64,000 nt of DNA from Microbotryum violaceum (lineage: Eukaryota). Position numbers and translations under genes: made by a program. Below, piece after piece: positions 32,891 to 51,607 of the stretch. The notes below the pieces were generated by a model, which was not told the DNA's origin, searched no databases, and was given only the letters and a program-made list of their open reading frames with translations. Location of the stretch: NCBI GenBank assembly GCA_001244265.2, contig LN717261.1, forward strand, positions 2,991,591 through 3,055,590, in the 5' to 3' direction. The first letter of the stretch is position 1; the number at the start of each line of letters is the position of its first letter.

Positions 32891-35809
32891 TGACATCATG
32901 AACCGGAAAGGCTCGAGCGAGAGCGGTTCGGTCCGGTCCCACACAGTTCTTCCATCAGCAACTTTGCCACTTTGCTAAATGCCACTAAATAAATATCGAG
33001 CCGCTAAACTGCTAAAGTGCGCAAAATGGCACAGAATGGCATTGTTTGATGAAGTTGACACTTAAGAGTTTGGAGGAGTGCTGTGGTGAGGTGTAACAAT
33101 GTCAAGACCTTGGTTGCTATTCTTCCTATTACAAACTCTAGGTATCAGTATACCAAGTACTTGACCTATACATAAAGACATGATTTGCTCTCAACACATG
33201 TTTACAGTATTGCAAAATACTCTCCTACCAGAACTGAAGCTATACTGATGATTCAATTGAGCACTCATGACAGGGGCTATTCTGACAGATCCCTTCCCGC
33301 GACTCTGAGGCGTTCTTGGATCACGTAGAATTTTGATGCTAAATACACTCCCAAAGCGATCACATGCTCACAAGTTACAGTCAACTGGTTGTTTCAGATG
33401 TCCACAACACTCTGGATATTCCATGCCGGTGTGATCTCCATTTCTCAAGATAGCACCTGCCCAAGATCTGATCGTAAAACATCCTCAACCGAGTGTCGTA
33501 GATTGCAGTAGTCGCTGTGTGGCAACGTAAAAAGGAATGCGCCTCTTGCGCCTACGGACAGAGTGGCACTTAGACAAATTTTGGGAGCAAGGCGCTCGTT
33601 GCCGCGCGCGCCGCGCCGACTCAACTGGCGCGAACCGGGCCTTCACCACGGCCACGACACATGTAAGGATATATCCTTACACATGAGTTAAGGTCAATAC
33701 ACAACCAAATCTGTTCATCTTGATATTGTAACATCAACATATAACTATTTCTGAATGGTGTCTGCAAGGACTACATGATAGCATGTGTATTGCAAGACTT
33801 GTAGTGACTCAAAACTTCTGTGTCCTTACCGCACCTCCCGTATCCTCACCGCACCCTCGTATCCTTACATGTGTCGACATGTGTAAGGATACGCCCGCGC
33901 GCGCACGTGCCATGTGGAACGACAGGAGGCGCACTCAACTCGAAGCCTTTGTTCACCTAATTGTCCCCACACCACCTATCGACGTCAACACCGTGGCACT
34001 GTTTGACTTTTGCGAACCAGCCAATTGCGACCTCCAGCTTTGTGCCAGGAGGCACGGACTCAAATCTTTCATCAATGAGATTGCGGAACCGCCAACTTCC
34101 CGACCGTGACGCCGGGCCCTGGGCTCGGACTCGTTCTGGAGCTGGAGACCGGCCCCAATGGCGGACTCCCAAGTCGAGATTCAAAGTCCCAAGTAGGTCC
34201 CCCAGACGTGGAACACAGCTCTTAGTGCTTTGCAACAATGCGGGAAGCTGCAAGTGCTGGAGACCGACCAATCAAGCTGTCTTACCTCGATGGTCAGTGC
34301 AGAGCATGCATACCTTCAGACAGGAGGGGCTCGGTGGAACAAACCAAAGTTACGGCGGGCAGTGGCGGCGCTTCCAGCTCGGCTTACAGATATACAGGAG
34401 CTCAAGATGTAGAAATTGAACAGCGATGTGCTGAACGAGTTGGCGGCAGTGGCAAGCCAATGAGTTTGTAATCAAGTGGAGAAGAAGAAGGAAAGACGCG
34501 ATTGGCCCGCGCGGCTAATACAAATAGAGACGCGCGCTAGGCGGATTTAAGGCAAGAGTAATCTACCTCAACACCCCCCCTTGCTCTTGACCTGAAATGC
34601 GGTGCATACCAATGGCGTCACAATGACGCTGGAAGACTACTTGTGGCAGCGGCTTGGTGAAAATGTCGGCAACCATATCGTGGGTTGGGATGTAGGTGAC
34701 CGAGATCTCACCGTTCAGAACGTGCTCCCGAACGAAGTGCTCCAACATGCGCAAATGTTTGGTGCGAGCGTGGAAGACCGGATTCTGGGTGAGCGCTATA
34801 GCTCCCTGGTTATCCCCGAGAAGACGTAAAGGGGACGATGTGTCAAGACCGCGTCCGGTGAGGAGCGAGCGAAGGAAGACAGCCTCCTTGGCTGCATGCG
34901 AGAGGCCCAGGTACTCCGCTTCCGTGGATGAACAAGCTACGCAAGGTTGGAGACAAGATGACCATGAGATGGCTCCGCCTGCCATTTTGAACAAGTAATC
35001 CATAGTGGACCTCGACATCTGTATGTCCGATCCCCAGTCCGAGTCAGAGTACCCCTCGTACCCCAGCAGAGGCTCACCGGTGCGCGTGTAGTGTATGCCA
35101 AGATTGAGCGATCCTTTGATGTAACGAAGGACGCGCTTGGCCGCCTCGAGGTGAGTGTTGCCCGCCTTGCCAACGAAACGTGACAGATATCCGACGGAGT
35201 GGGCTAGATCAGGGCAAGTGGCAACGACAGCGTACATGAGTGAGCCGATCATGGAACGGTAGATGGCATTGACGGCGGAGTCTGGATTGGGTTCCGGCAA
35301 AAGCTGTAGGTTGGCTTTCATGGGTGACTTGCAGGGGTTGCAGTCGGACATGTTGAAGCGAGCCAAGACGTCAAGGAGGTATTGACGCTGGAGAAGGGAG
35401 ATCCCGCCATCGTTGTGTCGTACGACCTGAACCCCAAGTACCCATTTGGCCGGGCCGAGGCGTGTGACTCCGTAGAGGGTGTCGAGTTGGTCAAGGACTT
35501 GATTGATTTCCCCAAGATCCGGCCCAAAGAAGAGTAGATTGTTGACGTAGAGTGCGATGTAGTGATCACCCCCAGTGTCCTCATGACAATAGATGCATTT
35601 GTCGCAGGCAAGGCGATGATAGCCGAGACTCGCAAGCGTGGCGTTGATCATGTCGTTCCACACTCGACCTGCCTGCTTGAGACCGTAGATCGATTGATGA
35701 AGGCGGAGGCATGGCCTTATCAACGTGGGCCTGAATGATGTGGTGGCCCTTCAAGGCCAAGTGCGCGATGAGCGTGCGGATGGAGGTGTACTTGGCCGTA
35801 GGTGAGAAA

Positions 35810-40782
<4,973 letters not shown>

Positions 40783-43700
40783 AGAAGGTCTCGTTGAAGC
40801 TGTTCGGGCCTTGTGCGCAGCCCTGTGCAACAATGCGGTTCTTCAGTGAAACCATCTTCCCGGCTTTGTCATGTTTGGTTCGAAAGACGTGACGACTTGG
40901 TAAGATCGTAGCTCCTTTGGGCACGGAGGATAGTTTGACGACGCTGAACACCTTGAGATCATCTTTCATCGAGCGGAATTCCTCAATGGCTCCTGCTTTC
41001 CATCCCGCGGCACGAGGATGGCGCATGGCCTCATTCCACGTGGTGGGATCTCTGCTCGGGAGCGAGAACGGGTCCTCTGGTTGGGAGCGAGAACGGGTCC
41101 TCTGGTTCCGAGAGTGGTCGATCCGCCATCGAGGTGTCGATGCCCGCCGCTTCGAGATCAGCAACAAGTTCGGTTACCTCCTTGCCTAGAGAGAATGCGA
41201 AGGCAGAAGGGGTCAAGCGCGAAGATGCAAGGGCGCCGTAACGAGCTGGGGGGTTGCGCGGGCGCAAACCCACGGGTGGCTGCCACGCGGACCCCGGTGC
41301 ATCAAAACGTAAAGCAGCCGGAAGCTCCGCTTGGTTGGGGGGTCCTGATCGGCATGCTGGTCAGGAAGTACAATGACTACATCGTCGTCGTTGCCTGCGA
41401 CGGGCGCGTGAGCTGCTGGGATACCCTCCCGCCTGGCTGGGAACTCGTCCTCAAAGAATGTGACGCTGCACGATTTGAAGACTTGTCTGGTAGCAGGGTC
41501 AAACAGTCGGTATCCCTTGGATTCGAGATCGTAGCTGACGAATACGAGTGGAATACCCCGCGGATCAAGTTTGCTGCGCGCTTTGGTGGTAGCTGCCTTC
41601 CACGCTCTGCAGCCAAATACGCGGAGATGGCCGGCCAACGGCTTCGATCCGTGCCAATGCGTGTGTGGTGTGACACCTGAATTTGCCGAGTGTGGTGAGC
41701 GATTCTTGACGTAGACATATGTTGCCAATGCCTCGGCCCACAAAGCGTGGGGTAGACCCGACTGGTGGAGCATTGATCGGACACCCTCGGTGATCGAGCG
41801 ATTTGCGCGTTCGGCAACCCCGTTTTGCTGAGGGGTATCGGGAATCAAAAGCTGACAAGTGATGCCTTGTTCTTCCAGGAAGCTCAAGAACTTGTTCGAC
41901 AAGAATTCACCACCATTGTCAGAGCGGACTGCCAGGAGTTTTCTCGACGAGGAGCGCACAACCTTTGCGAGCCACAACTTGAAGGCCGCAAAGGTATCGG
42001 ACTTGTGCGACATCGGAATTGCCCAGAGATATTGGGTGTAATCATCGACAATGACAAGGGCGTATTTCGCGCCGCCTAACGACACGGTGCCGTCGAATGC
42101 AAGAAGGTCCATGTGGACTCGATCAAGAGGCTGGGCCAAACGATTTGACGCGACGGTGGGGAAAGGGTGATGTGTGATCTTCCCAGCCTGGCAAGTATCA
42201 CATTTCAAGTCTTCGTTCAATGCTACCTCCATGTTGACTCCCAGCACAGCCTCAGTTGAGATCAGCTGTCACAGAGCGCGTGGGTGAAGGTGAGCAATAC
42301 ATCCGTGCATGATGGAGACACGAACGGCCGCGAACGCGCTTGGGGACGCACCCGTTTGCTCAATGAGAGTAGTGACGTCAACGAGGGAAGCATGCATGTG
42401 GTACAAGCCGTTTGTGATCTCCCCGGTGTGGCAAATCGACCCGCTGACTGAGACCATTGCTTTGCCTCGGGAAAGGCTGATGTTGTAGCCCGCGGCGTCG
42501 GCGCGACTGACGGAGAAGAGGCTGACCGGCGCGCTGGGGACGAACAACGCGTGGTGGAGTTGGCCAATGCTGCCGTCGAAGGAGCGAACGACAGCGGAAT
42601 CAACACCTTCGATCCAATTGACCGCCTTGCCCGTGATGACCTCGAGCGGAGCAGGCTTACACTTGCGGAAGTTGGTGAAACAAGCGCGATCGTTGACGAT
42701 GTGATGCGTCGCGCCGCTGTCGAGGATGAGGGAAGGTTTGGCCAATGTGGACATCGCTGCAGTGAGGTATCCGCGGACCGGGCCGTCTACCAACATCAAG
42801 ATGTCGGGAGCAGCGGCGAGTGATGCGGACGGCGCGGAGGAGGCCTTGGACTTCTTGTCCTTGACGGGGCATTTTCGATTCCAGTGAGGACCTCCACAAT
42901 GTCGGCACGGAGCTGACAGAGTCGATGAAGATCTGTCCGTCGCGGTCAAGCTAGCTACCATCGCCACGGGCTTGTGTGCCGGTGTGGATTCAGCTTGAGT
43001 CTGAAGCGTTTGAAGCGCTTCAATCGGATCAGGGAGCTTGTCGAGGTCTTGACGGAGCGCTTGAGTATAGTACTCCTTGTAGAGGTCCTTGCCAAAGTGG
43101 ATCAAGCGTATCGAGATGACCTGGTCAAAGGTAAGGTTGTATCCCGAAAGAGTGTTAAACAGCTCAATGGTGTTGGCTTGGTACTTCTCGAACGCGTCGA
43201 CACCGGAGGGAGGCGGACCCGCATCGAGCAGGGCTTGGAGCTTGATGAAGATGTCGGTGACTGTGCCTGCTGCGACCGCTTTCTTGATCATCTTCAAGAC
43301 GTCGGTGGGAGTGTGATCGAATCCATCTTTGATCTGCTTCTTGATGTTGAGGGAGACCGAGCGCCTCAAGAGCGCGATCGCTTGGAAGTTGGCGTGCTCC
43401 AGGTCGGTGCGCGCGTTGGGTTTCTGAATGGGCGTCGCAAGCGTGCAGTTCCAATAGTCGCCCCCGAGAGCTCCACGGACGTCGTTGATCCATTGCGACC
43501 AGCCTCCCGCGTTGCGCAGGTGGCATGACGGGTCGATATCGCGGGGTTTGACATAGACGATAGAGGTTGTTCCCCCTGGTACCACAGTGTCCGCATCACC
43601 GGGCGTGATGACCTGATGACTCGAGTTGGCTGGGCCGCTACGTTGGGCTCGTAACCTGTAGAAATCGAACAGCGATGTGCTGAACGAGTTGGCGGCAGTG

Positions 43701-46700
43701 GCAAGCCAATGAGTTTGTAATCAAGTAGATATTGCAATAAAGGAGTTCTTCACACACCTGAACGAGTTGGCGGCAGTGGCAAGCCAATGAGTTCGTAATC
43801 AAGTGGACAAGAAGGAAAGACGCGATTGGCCCGCCCGGCTAATACAAATAGAGACGCGCGCTAGGCGGATTTAAGGCAAGAGTAATCTACCTCAACACAA
43901 GAAAGGACCGCGGAGAGATCTACCGGACCTTTTCACCGATTGGCTAGACCCCAATACCAGATTGGTGCGGCAGTAGTCGGATCGCTTTGACGAACTGACT
44001 TTGGCCGAGGGACCAGTCCAACTCCTGCGAAGCAGAGCCAAGCGGAAAACTGAAGTCGAAGATCAGCTTCGGGGTGTAGTTCTTCCCATATTTAAAATGA
44101 GACAAGCGCAGGCCCAAGACATTTGGGCGACAGATGGCTCACTCATTGTCCCGCCCACGGGATTCGCTTCCGCGGCCGCAGCAGTTGTAGGACCGAATTG
44201 GGAAGCCCAGGCAGCTTTGTTCGCGGGCGCGTCAATTATGCAAGCGGAAGTGACAGCCCTGATTATGGCAGCACTGACTATACAATCTTACAATTTCGGG
44301 GCTACTACACCAATTCCGGTTCTCACAGATCATCTGACATCGGTCAGATTTGCCGAGAAGATCAGGCAGGGCGATGTTGCACCGAAGAAACCGAGGGCTG
44401 CGTTTGCACACTACACATGGCTCGAACGTTTACTCGCAACAAACCACACGATCGAAATCCAACATGTGAAAGCTCATACGGGACGGACAGACGACGCATC
44501 GCGTGCAAATGAAAGGGCGGATGAAGCGGCTAAGAAGGGACATTCACAGCCTGACCTCATTGTGCCTTTCCGCCGACTTCGCTCTCCCGCAGTGGACGAT
44601 CGCTAGAATGACCGCCAACAACATCGAATGGCTGGAAGGCGATATCAACAAGAAGATTTACGACCTTCAAGAAGACTGGCAGCTGAAGTCGTTGCCAAAG
44701 AAGACAGGCGACAGTGTTCGACTCCTATTGAATGTCGGACATTCAGCGGGGCAGTACCCATATCTTCGCGCAGTGTCAACGTATGCCGCACAGACACAGC
44801 TCCAAATGCGGGCACATGTTCTGCCCACTGCTTCGCGATGTTCAGAGAGACTGGGGACCTCACCGGAGTGTGTGATATGTGGAGCAGAGGAAGAAACAGA
44901 GAAACATGCGTTTGGAGAGTGCCCATCGGGACAAGAACTTCGCGACAAAATTGGTCAGGAACTGTATCGGGCTACGCGAAGCGAACTCGAGGCACGGCAA
45001 CAAGGATGGACTGACCTGCAGATACAGGAGCTATGTATCTTTGCTGCCAAACTGGTGAGGGCACATTTGTGGTGGTTTGCGACGCCAATGATACCCAAAC
45101 CGGATATCTACTGGACTCTAGACGAGCGATCGCGGACGCGGCTGGACCGGGCATGGCATCATGAGCTGATCAAAGGGGCTGGGAGAATTTGGGGCGGCCG
45201 CATGCGAAAGTGGTGGACATTCCAACAGAATATGGAGTAGTATACCTCACTGGTGGAGGCGATGGTGGCAAGCTTGCCCCATCTACCCTCAGGAGCCGGG
45301 AGCCGAGGGGGAGGAGGGAAAACTGGTGTAAACCCTGAGAAATGGGGGCATCAGGCCTAATCCCGGCGAGGCAATGGCCCATATACAATATGGGTGTATG
45401 ATATGACATGTTATGGTGGTCCAGCGGATCTAGCGTTTGTTAGATTCTGTCTTTGAATAAGACTAGCTGGAATTTATGACTTTAAACATTTAAACTGGAT
45501 GGGCGGTCGCAAGGGTTACTCGTCTCTGAACTCCTAAGACGGACCGGATCCGGTTTGCAACAATGGGGAGTTGATCTGCCTTAGGATGGTAAGAAGCTTG
45601 AAACTCACAGCGAGTCCGGGACCAAAGAAGGCCCGGGGTTAGCGGTTTTCTCCTGCAGTGCCGTAGACCGCCACAATGGAGGGAGAATGATACGTGCGGC
45701 AACTCACCAATGGGGCCAAAGTTCTACGCTTTTCACGTTTTCTGCTACGTCGAGGAGTAGGGGATGACGGGCGCTTGCGAGGAAGTGGCTGCTGATGTGG
45801 ACAGACGCGACGGCCAGCGGGTCAGCATCGATGACTTGTGCACCAATCTCACCGGGATTCGAAAATTGGAAGAACGTGGAAACTACTTACGTTGTTGTGG
45901 AGGTGGGGCATTCTAGGGTTACGATGTCGGTCCTTGGAAAGCTGAAGGTAATGTGGCAGGCGATGTGGCAAGAGGGAGACCCACAGGGCCACAGGAGTGG
46001 AACTTTCGAGAACGTTTAAGTCCCGTGAGACACTGCACAGCACTGGACGGTTGAGGACGGGTGCAACAGGGGCGACGGGCGGTGCAATCTCTTTTTCAAG
46101 GCCCACGCTGCGCGCAAAGAAGGTCAATAAATTTTTAGCGGTTAATGTAAGTTCTCCTTCTATTACAAACCTACTGCTCATTGCTGCTTCCTGTCCTTTT
46201 TTTCTGACGCACTGACGGGCCGAAGTTCGCATCCCCGACGGTGGGTCCCTCAAGCACGCGGGTCGAAGTGGGATACCAGTAGACAAGACTTGGGTATCGG
46301 ATCAGAAAAAAATACAAGAAGGTGACACATGGAGTGCAGCCCACCTGAGACGATTGAGACCGTGCAGTGGCTTGAGAAGAGCCGCCTGGGTCCGAGCAGC
46401 CAGATTTTCGACCATAGTCGGTGAGGTCACTGCGGTATCGTATTTCATGGGCTGCATGCTGTTGGCCTTGAGACCGGGCTTCTGCTGTTGGTTTATTATC
46501 GTTTGAACGAAATGGCCCTGTCACTGACCTTCTTGGTATTTAATTTTTTTGATCGGAGCACCTCTGTCGCGTCGCTACTCTCGTCGCGGTGAAGGCAGAA
46601 CGAGAGCCGAAGTCCCCGCCCATGTGGAAAACTGCTGGCTAGGGATCCATAAGAAATCCGGAATTATAACCCTCTTCTCCCCAAATCCCATATTCCGGGT

Positions 46701-46930
46701 GCATGAGAAAACACAACAGACGACCGATACATGTTCTGAGGTCTTGTATAACCTTTTCATCCATGACATTTGCTGACAAGTTGATGTTGTCATGCTTTGC
46801 AAACTATAAGGAATCCAGCAGGAAAACACCGAGTTTCTAAGATGGTCAACCATATGGCGCCGCTACGGATTGTAGACATGAGAATTCCGCACGATTGGGG
46901 CGGTAGAGGTGCTGGGGGGTGCGCTTGAGT

Positions 46931-48998
46931 CTTGGGCGCGAGGGTAGCGCTGTACCAAGGGCTACCATGGGCCTGCTCGAGCGCCCGCTGCTGGGCGCCC
47001 CGCGGCTCGACCCTCCTCTTCGTCCCGCTCCGATCAACAGAATCAGACCCGGCGCGTCATGACAACAATTCAACCGATCTTGGCATTGCGACACGTATAC
47101 GAGCCCGCCGTGCAGCTGTGCAGAACGGACAGCGTGGTCAGCGCGATGGCCAACTCGACGCTGGGCTCGCCCACCACCACTCTCCTCCGCAAAGGCGAGT
47201 GCGCCGGGCTCGAATCGCGCTGAAACCCCTCAAGCCCACGTTTCGATCCGCGACGACCTCGGCCCCCAGACGGCCGTGTGCACCCACTGCAAGGCTCGGC
47301 ACTGGGAGTGCGAAAGGTCCAAGTCGACCAGACACTTCAGCGCGTGCTGCTCGCAAGGCAAGGTGCGGCTACCTCGCCCTCCCAGCCCAATCTCGAGTAT
47401 CGGCAGCTTCTTCAAGGCTCGGATAGCGGTCAGTTGCTCCGTCCAACAACGTTCGTCTGCAGTAGACCCACATGCTGAACTGTCTACCCACCCACACAGA
47501 AGCTAAAGCATTCGCGAGAATGCCCGGTCGTACAACAACGCTTGTCGTTCACTTCGCTCGCTGCCCTCTGGGACCAAACTCAAGTGGGCACGCTAGGACC
47601 CCCCGTGTTTCGCGTGTTTGGCCGCCTCTATCATCGACTCGGTGCCCTGATCCCTGCCGTGAATCAACGCCCAGCCTTTGCCCAGACATGGCTGATCGAC
47701 CCGGCCGAGGCCACCGACACACGACTTCAAGGACCCGACAGCGCAGACAGTCACATGCAACGATCTACTTTGACCAAGCTCGAGTCCATGTTGCGCACCG
47801 GCAATCGCTTTGTGAGTGAGTTCGCATCGGCCAAAGCCCGCGCGGGTTGGGATACGGCCAAAGAGTGGGTCCTGCGCCTCTGCCTACCACCAGGCCGAGA
47901 CCGACGCACCCACAACCTTCCTACGTCGAGCACGGAAATGGCGATGCTTATCTGCGATTCCGACACCAACACGGGAGATCGTGGACGTCAAGACCTTATT
48001 CTCCAGGTGCACGGTGATCGATGTCCCGAGGGTCGGCCCAAGTACCAAGTCGTTAGCTCGCTCCATCCGTCTGCGATGCCTCTCCGTTACCCACTACTTT
48101 TTCCTGCAGGGGAAGATGGCTTCCACCCCAACATTCCTCTTTGCGGGGTTCCACCAAGCCAGGCCGCCAATTGCCAGAAACTGAGAGCAGATCGACAATG
48201 GTTTCCAGTTGCGCGAGGTACTTGCCGGTCTCGGTCTGGATGACGAAGACGAACAGGAGGACGAAGACCGCGACAATGAGGATGAAGACGGCGAGGAAGG
48301 GGACGAAGAGGATGGTGATGGCGAACGTACGCGTCTTCGGCTCTTTCTCTGATGTTCCATTCTGTCTAAGGCGCAAGCACAGACTGACATTGAACTTTTG
48401 AACACCTAGGACAAAGGTCCAGTAAAGGGGTCGAGGTGGCGAGTCTCGCGTTCACAATTCTTTGCGCACTACTTGCCAAACGCGACGAGCACTTCTCAAT
48501 CCCGCATTGCACCCAGCGTCCCTTCCTGGAGTTCGTGAATTACGGATGTACTCCCAAGTCAAGACCGATTGACTCAACACATCCGGTTACATCAAGAGAA
48601 CCTACGCCTCACCACGACCCAAGGCATCAACGGCTTGACCCCGAACCAAATCGCGACATCACGCAGCGATACCAGGATGCGATGGCGTGCGTTGTCAAAG
48701 ATGGGAAGCCTCCGCTGCTCATCAAGATGACGTACGACCCCGACTCACCGGAAATAAAGGCTGCACTGGGCCGATAAAGCATGCAACCGTACGGATCTCA
48801 TTGCACGAGTGTTTGAAGCCAAGTCCGGCAACAAGCGACATGCAGGCTGTTTCGGCAATGAATGTAAGATGAATGGATTTTGTTTCTTTGCTGTATTTCG
48901 TATTGTCTTAACCTCTGCGCTGATATCATGTAGACTGTTCGATTATCCTGCTATTCTTTGAATTTCATCCTCCCGTTAATTTAACGGGTTCCCACTGG
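46931..48998 (+). mobile_element. Non-autonomous Helitron, 5'-truncated copy of 11712-13773
   Basis: Same Rep remnants. Perfect hairpin CCCGTTAA-T-TTAACGGG (48972-48988), then CTGG (48995-48998) followed by T. Confidence 0.9.
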
Positions 48999-49552
48999 TA
49001 AGGATATAGTTTTAAGGATAGCCAGAGGTGGCCAGCAGTTGGCCCGCGGCGCGCGCCTACTGAGCCCAGACCGCCGCTGATACGTGCTCGGCCATCGGCC
49101 AAGCAGGGGACGACCAGGGAGGTGCGAGGTCGGGGTACATCGATTTGTACCACATCCAGAACGTACCTCCAAGATCTGGAGTGCTATTTCCTCCGATTTG
49201 TACCACTTTTGAGTCGCAGTTTGGGGTTCGGAGGGTCCGATTTGTACATTTTCGGGGACGCACATTGGGCTGAGCTTTCCCGGGTCCTGGCGCGACAGGG
49301 CGCGACCATTGAAGACCTTAAGGCTAATTTTCGCTCGGATACTCTCGTATGACTCAGTAAACGGCACCGGGACCCAAGTGGCGAGTATGGCTAATCTTTC
49401 GCAGATTGTTATCATTATGTTCGAGAATCAATTTGACAAAAGAACTGCACGCCCAGATTGGCCTGGGGGTGGAGGAATCAGAAGGACGCCATGGCGTGCT
49501 AGAGCACAACAGCGAGGCTGAGAGGTCAAGCCTAAAAGTGGTTGGCGAAGAG

Positions 49553-51267
49553 TTATGCCTCGTCGGGGCCCTTGAACTTGTACGACGCTTCATGCTGTGG
49601 CTCGTGCTTGGTCATGGCCACCAGCTTGTGGTCTGTGGCAAATAGTGAGCGTCGTTCGAAGAACCGTCAGTGAATATGCCCAGTCCCAAACAAGACTGCC
49701 ACGCGACTGACAATCGGGATCATCCTCGACGACGTCAAACAGACGTGTCTCGAAAGGTTTGCCGGCTGCGGCCTCGTCCTTGCGCTTTTGCCTCTCCGAG
49801 TTCTATGAGCGTAAGAGCTGAACGAGTAAGCACAGAAGTCGGTCACGCCGCGACGAAGTAGCCTCGCTCGGACTCACTTCGATGCGACTCTTGGCAGCGG
49901 ATGCCGTGTCAAAGTCGCCTATACCATCAGATCTCAAGGATCGGTTAACGGACTGGGCTAGAAAGAGGACGCACGCTGTGAGCAGACACGTCACCAGTCG
50001 ACGCACCTTTCCGAATCCCATCGGCGACCTCCTTCCACGCTCGGCGACTCTCATACTCGCTCTGCTCGCTAATGGGCTTAACCTCGATGGGTGACCGATC
50101 GGGTGCCGTGTCGAGGAAGAGTTCGCCGATTCGCGACTTGGAACCTTTGATGAAGTGACTCTCGCCGGTCCACAGACCATCGATGACGTACACCGTGTGA
50201 CCCGCGTTGGTCACGGTCGCAGTGAATGCGTGCGCCTTGCCCGAGACCCATCCCTTGCCTCGGAATTCGAGCGAGGTCTGGTACCCGGTCGAAGACTGGA
50301 TGAGCGACGAATCATACAGCTCGACGTAGGGCGAACCGAGAAGAATGCCTTCGATCTTGAGCTTGGGCAAGGTGATAAGGTACTGCTCGACATTGCCGTC
50401 GGCGAGTTTGATGCGCACGATACCATGGCCGACTTGCCTTACGCTGATGGCGCGGCCGGAGAACGACGTCTTTTGGGCGCAGTTGCCCTCGAAGCTGAGG
50501 CCCTTGCTCTCGTTCTCGAGGTAGTACGCCGTCACGGGCGGGTGGTGCGAGACCTGTTCGGCCCACAACTTAAGCTCTCCACCGTTCCATTGGCCGATGA
50601 ATTGTTCGCCTGTACACGAAATCGCCGGTCTTGACGTCAGTCGGGGAGAGCGCCAGGAGGCAGATTAGCAGACCCACCCAGGAAAGGGTTGAGCGGCTTC
50701 TTCTCGGTACCGGTCTCCTTCTCACGCCTGGTGAATTGGCCGGGGCAGGTCGAGAGGAACCAAGCCGTGACGGCGAGATGGCGAGCCTCGGGCGTCTTGG
50801 CTTCGGCGATGGCGGCAAACTGTTGGGTCGGTTCACCCCAGTAGCTGTGTGTGACATGCATAAATGTGTCAGGCCAGCTGCAATCTAGTCGGAGCGAGGG
50901 GGAACCTGAGAGCCCATCGATAGTCGCCAGAAGCGAGGCGGGAACTTGCAAGGCCCGACGTGGGGAGTTGGCTGAGCACCACTTGGGGAACTTACGAAGG
51001 GAACTCGCACAACGACGTCGGCGAGAGGATAAACGGAGGAGCAGTCATGGAAGACAAATCGCCCGTCGCTATCGGGAAAAGGAGGTAGAGTAAGTGTGTG
51101 TCCGACCAAGTCAGCCAGAGCAACGACGGCGAGGCCATCGCCTTGCCGAGCGACTCGGGATCGCGCCTATCGCGATACCGGGAGCTGGACTGACCACTGG
51201 CGATGGACTTGAGGAAGGAGCTCCATGAAGACTTCTGGGCCGCGGGCAATGCTTCACCTTCGGACAC
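49553..51267 (-). CDS. KES1: Oxysterol-binding protein, KES1/OSH4 type, multi-exon
   Basis: [48 protein letters not shown], the EQVSHHPP signature, [49 protein letters not shown]. Inferred stop at 49553. Start codon not resolved. Confidence 0.92.
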
Positions 51268-51607
51268 TGCGATGATGCGGAGCGCAGCGGAGGCCAGGCG
51301 ACCGAGTGGTGCCGTGGTGCGACAGGGCGACCGATCGGACACGACGATGAACGATGACGCGATGACGGCGGACGAATGGGAACGGGAACGAGAACGACAG
51401 TGGCGGCGGCGGGGAGGTGGCGCACATGCAATACAAAGGAGGTCAGAACTCAACGTCAGCAAGAGTTGAGGTGGTAACCTGTGCCGCAACACCCGACAGA
51501 CTGACTGATGGTGCAAAAGATGTGTGTAATGGGGCGTAAGAACCGTAAACAGTCCCTGTCGCGGGTCTGAGAGCTGGGCCAGCCCAGGCCCGGTTCAACT
51601 GTTGAGT

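Noticed and set aside
45490-46930. ORFs such as 45849-46286(-) as a host gene
   Set aside because: No recognisable motif or coherent exon chain; left unannotated.
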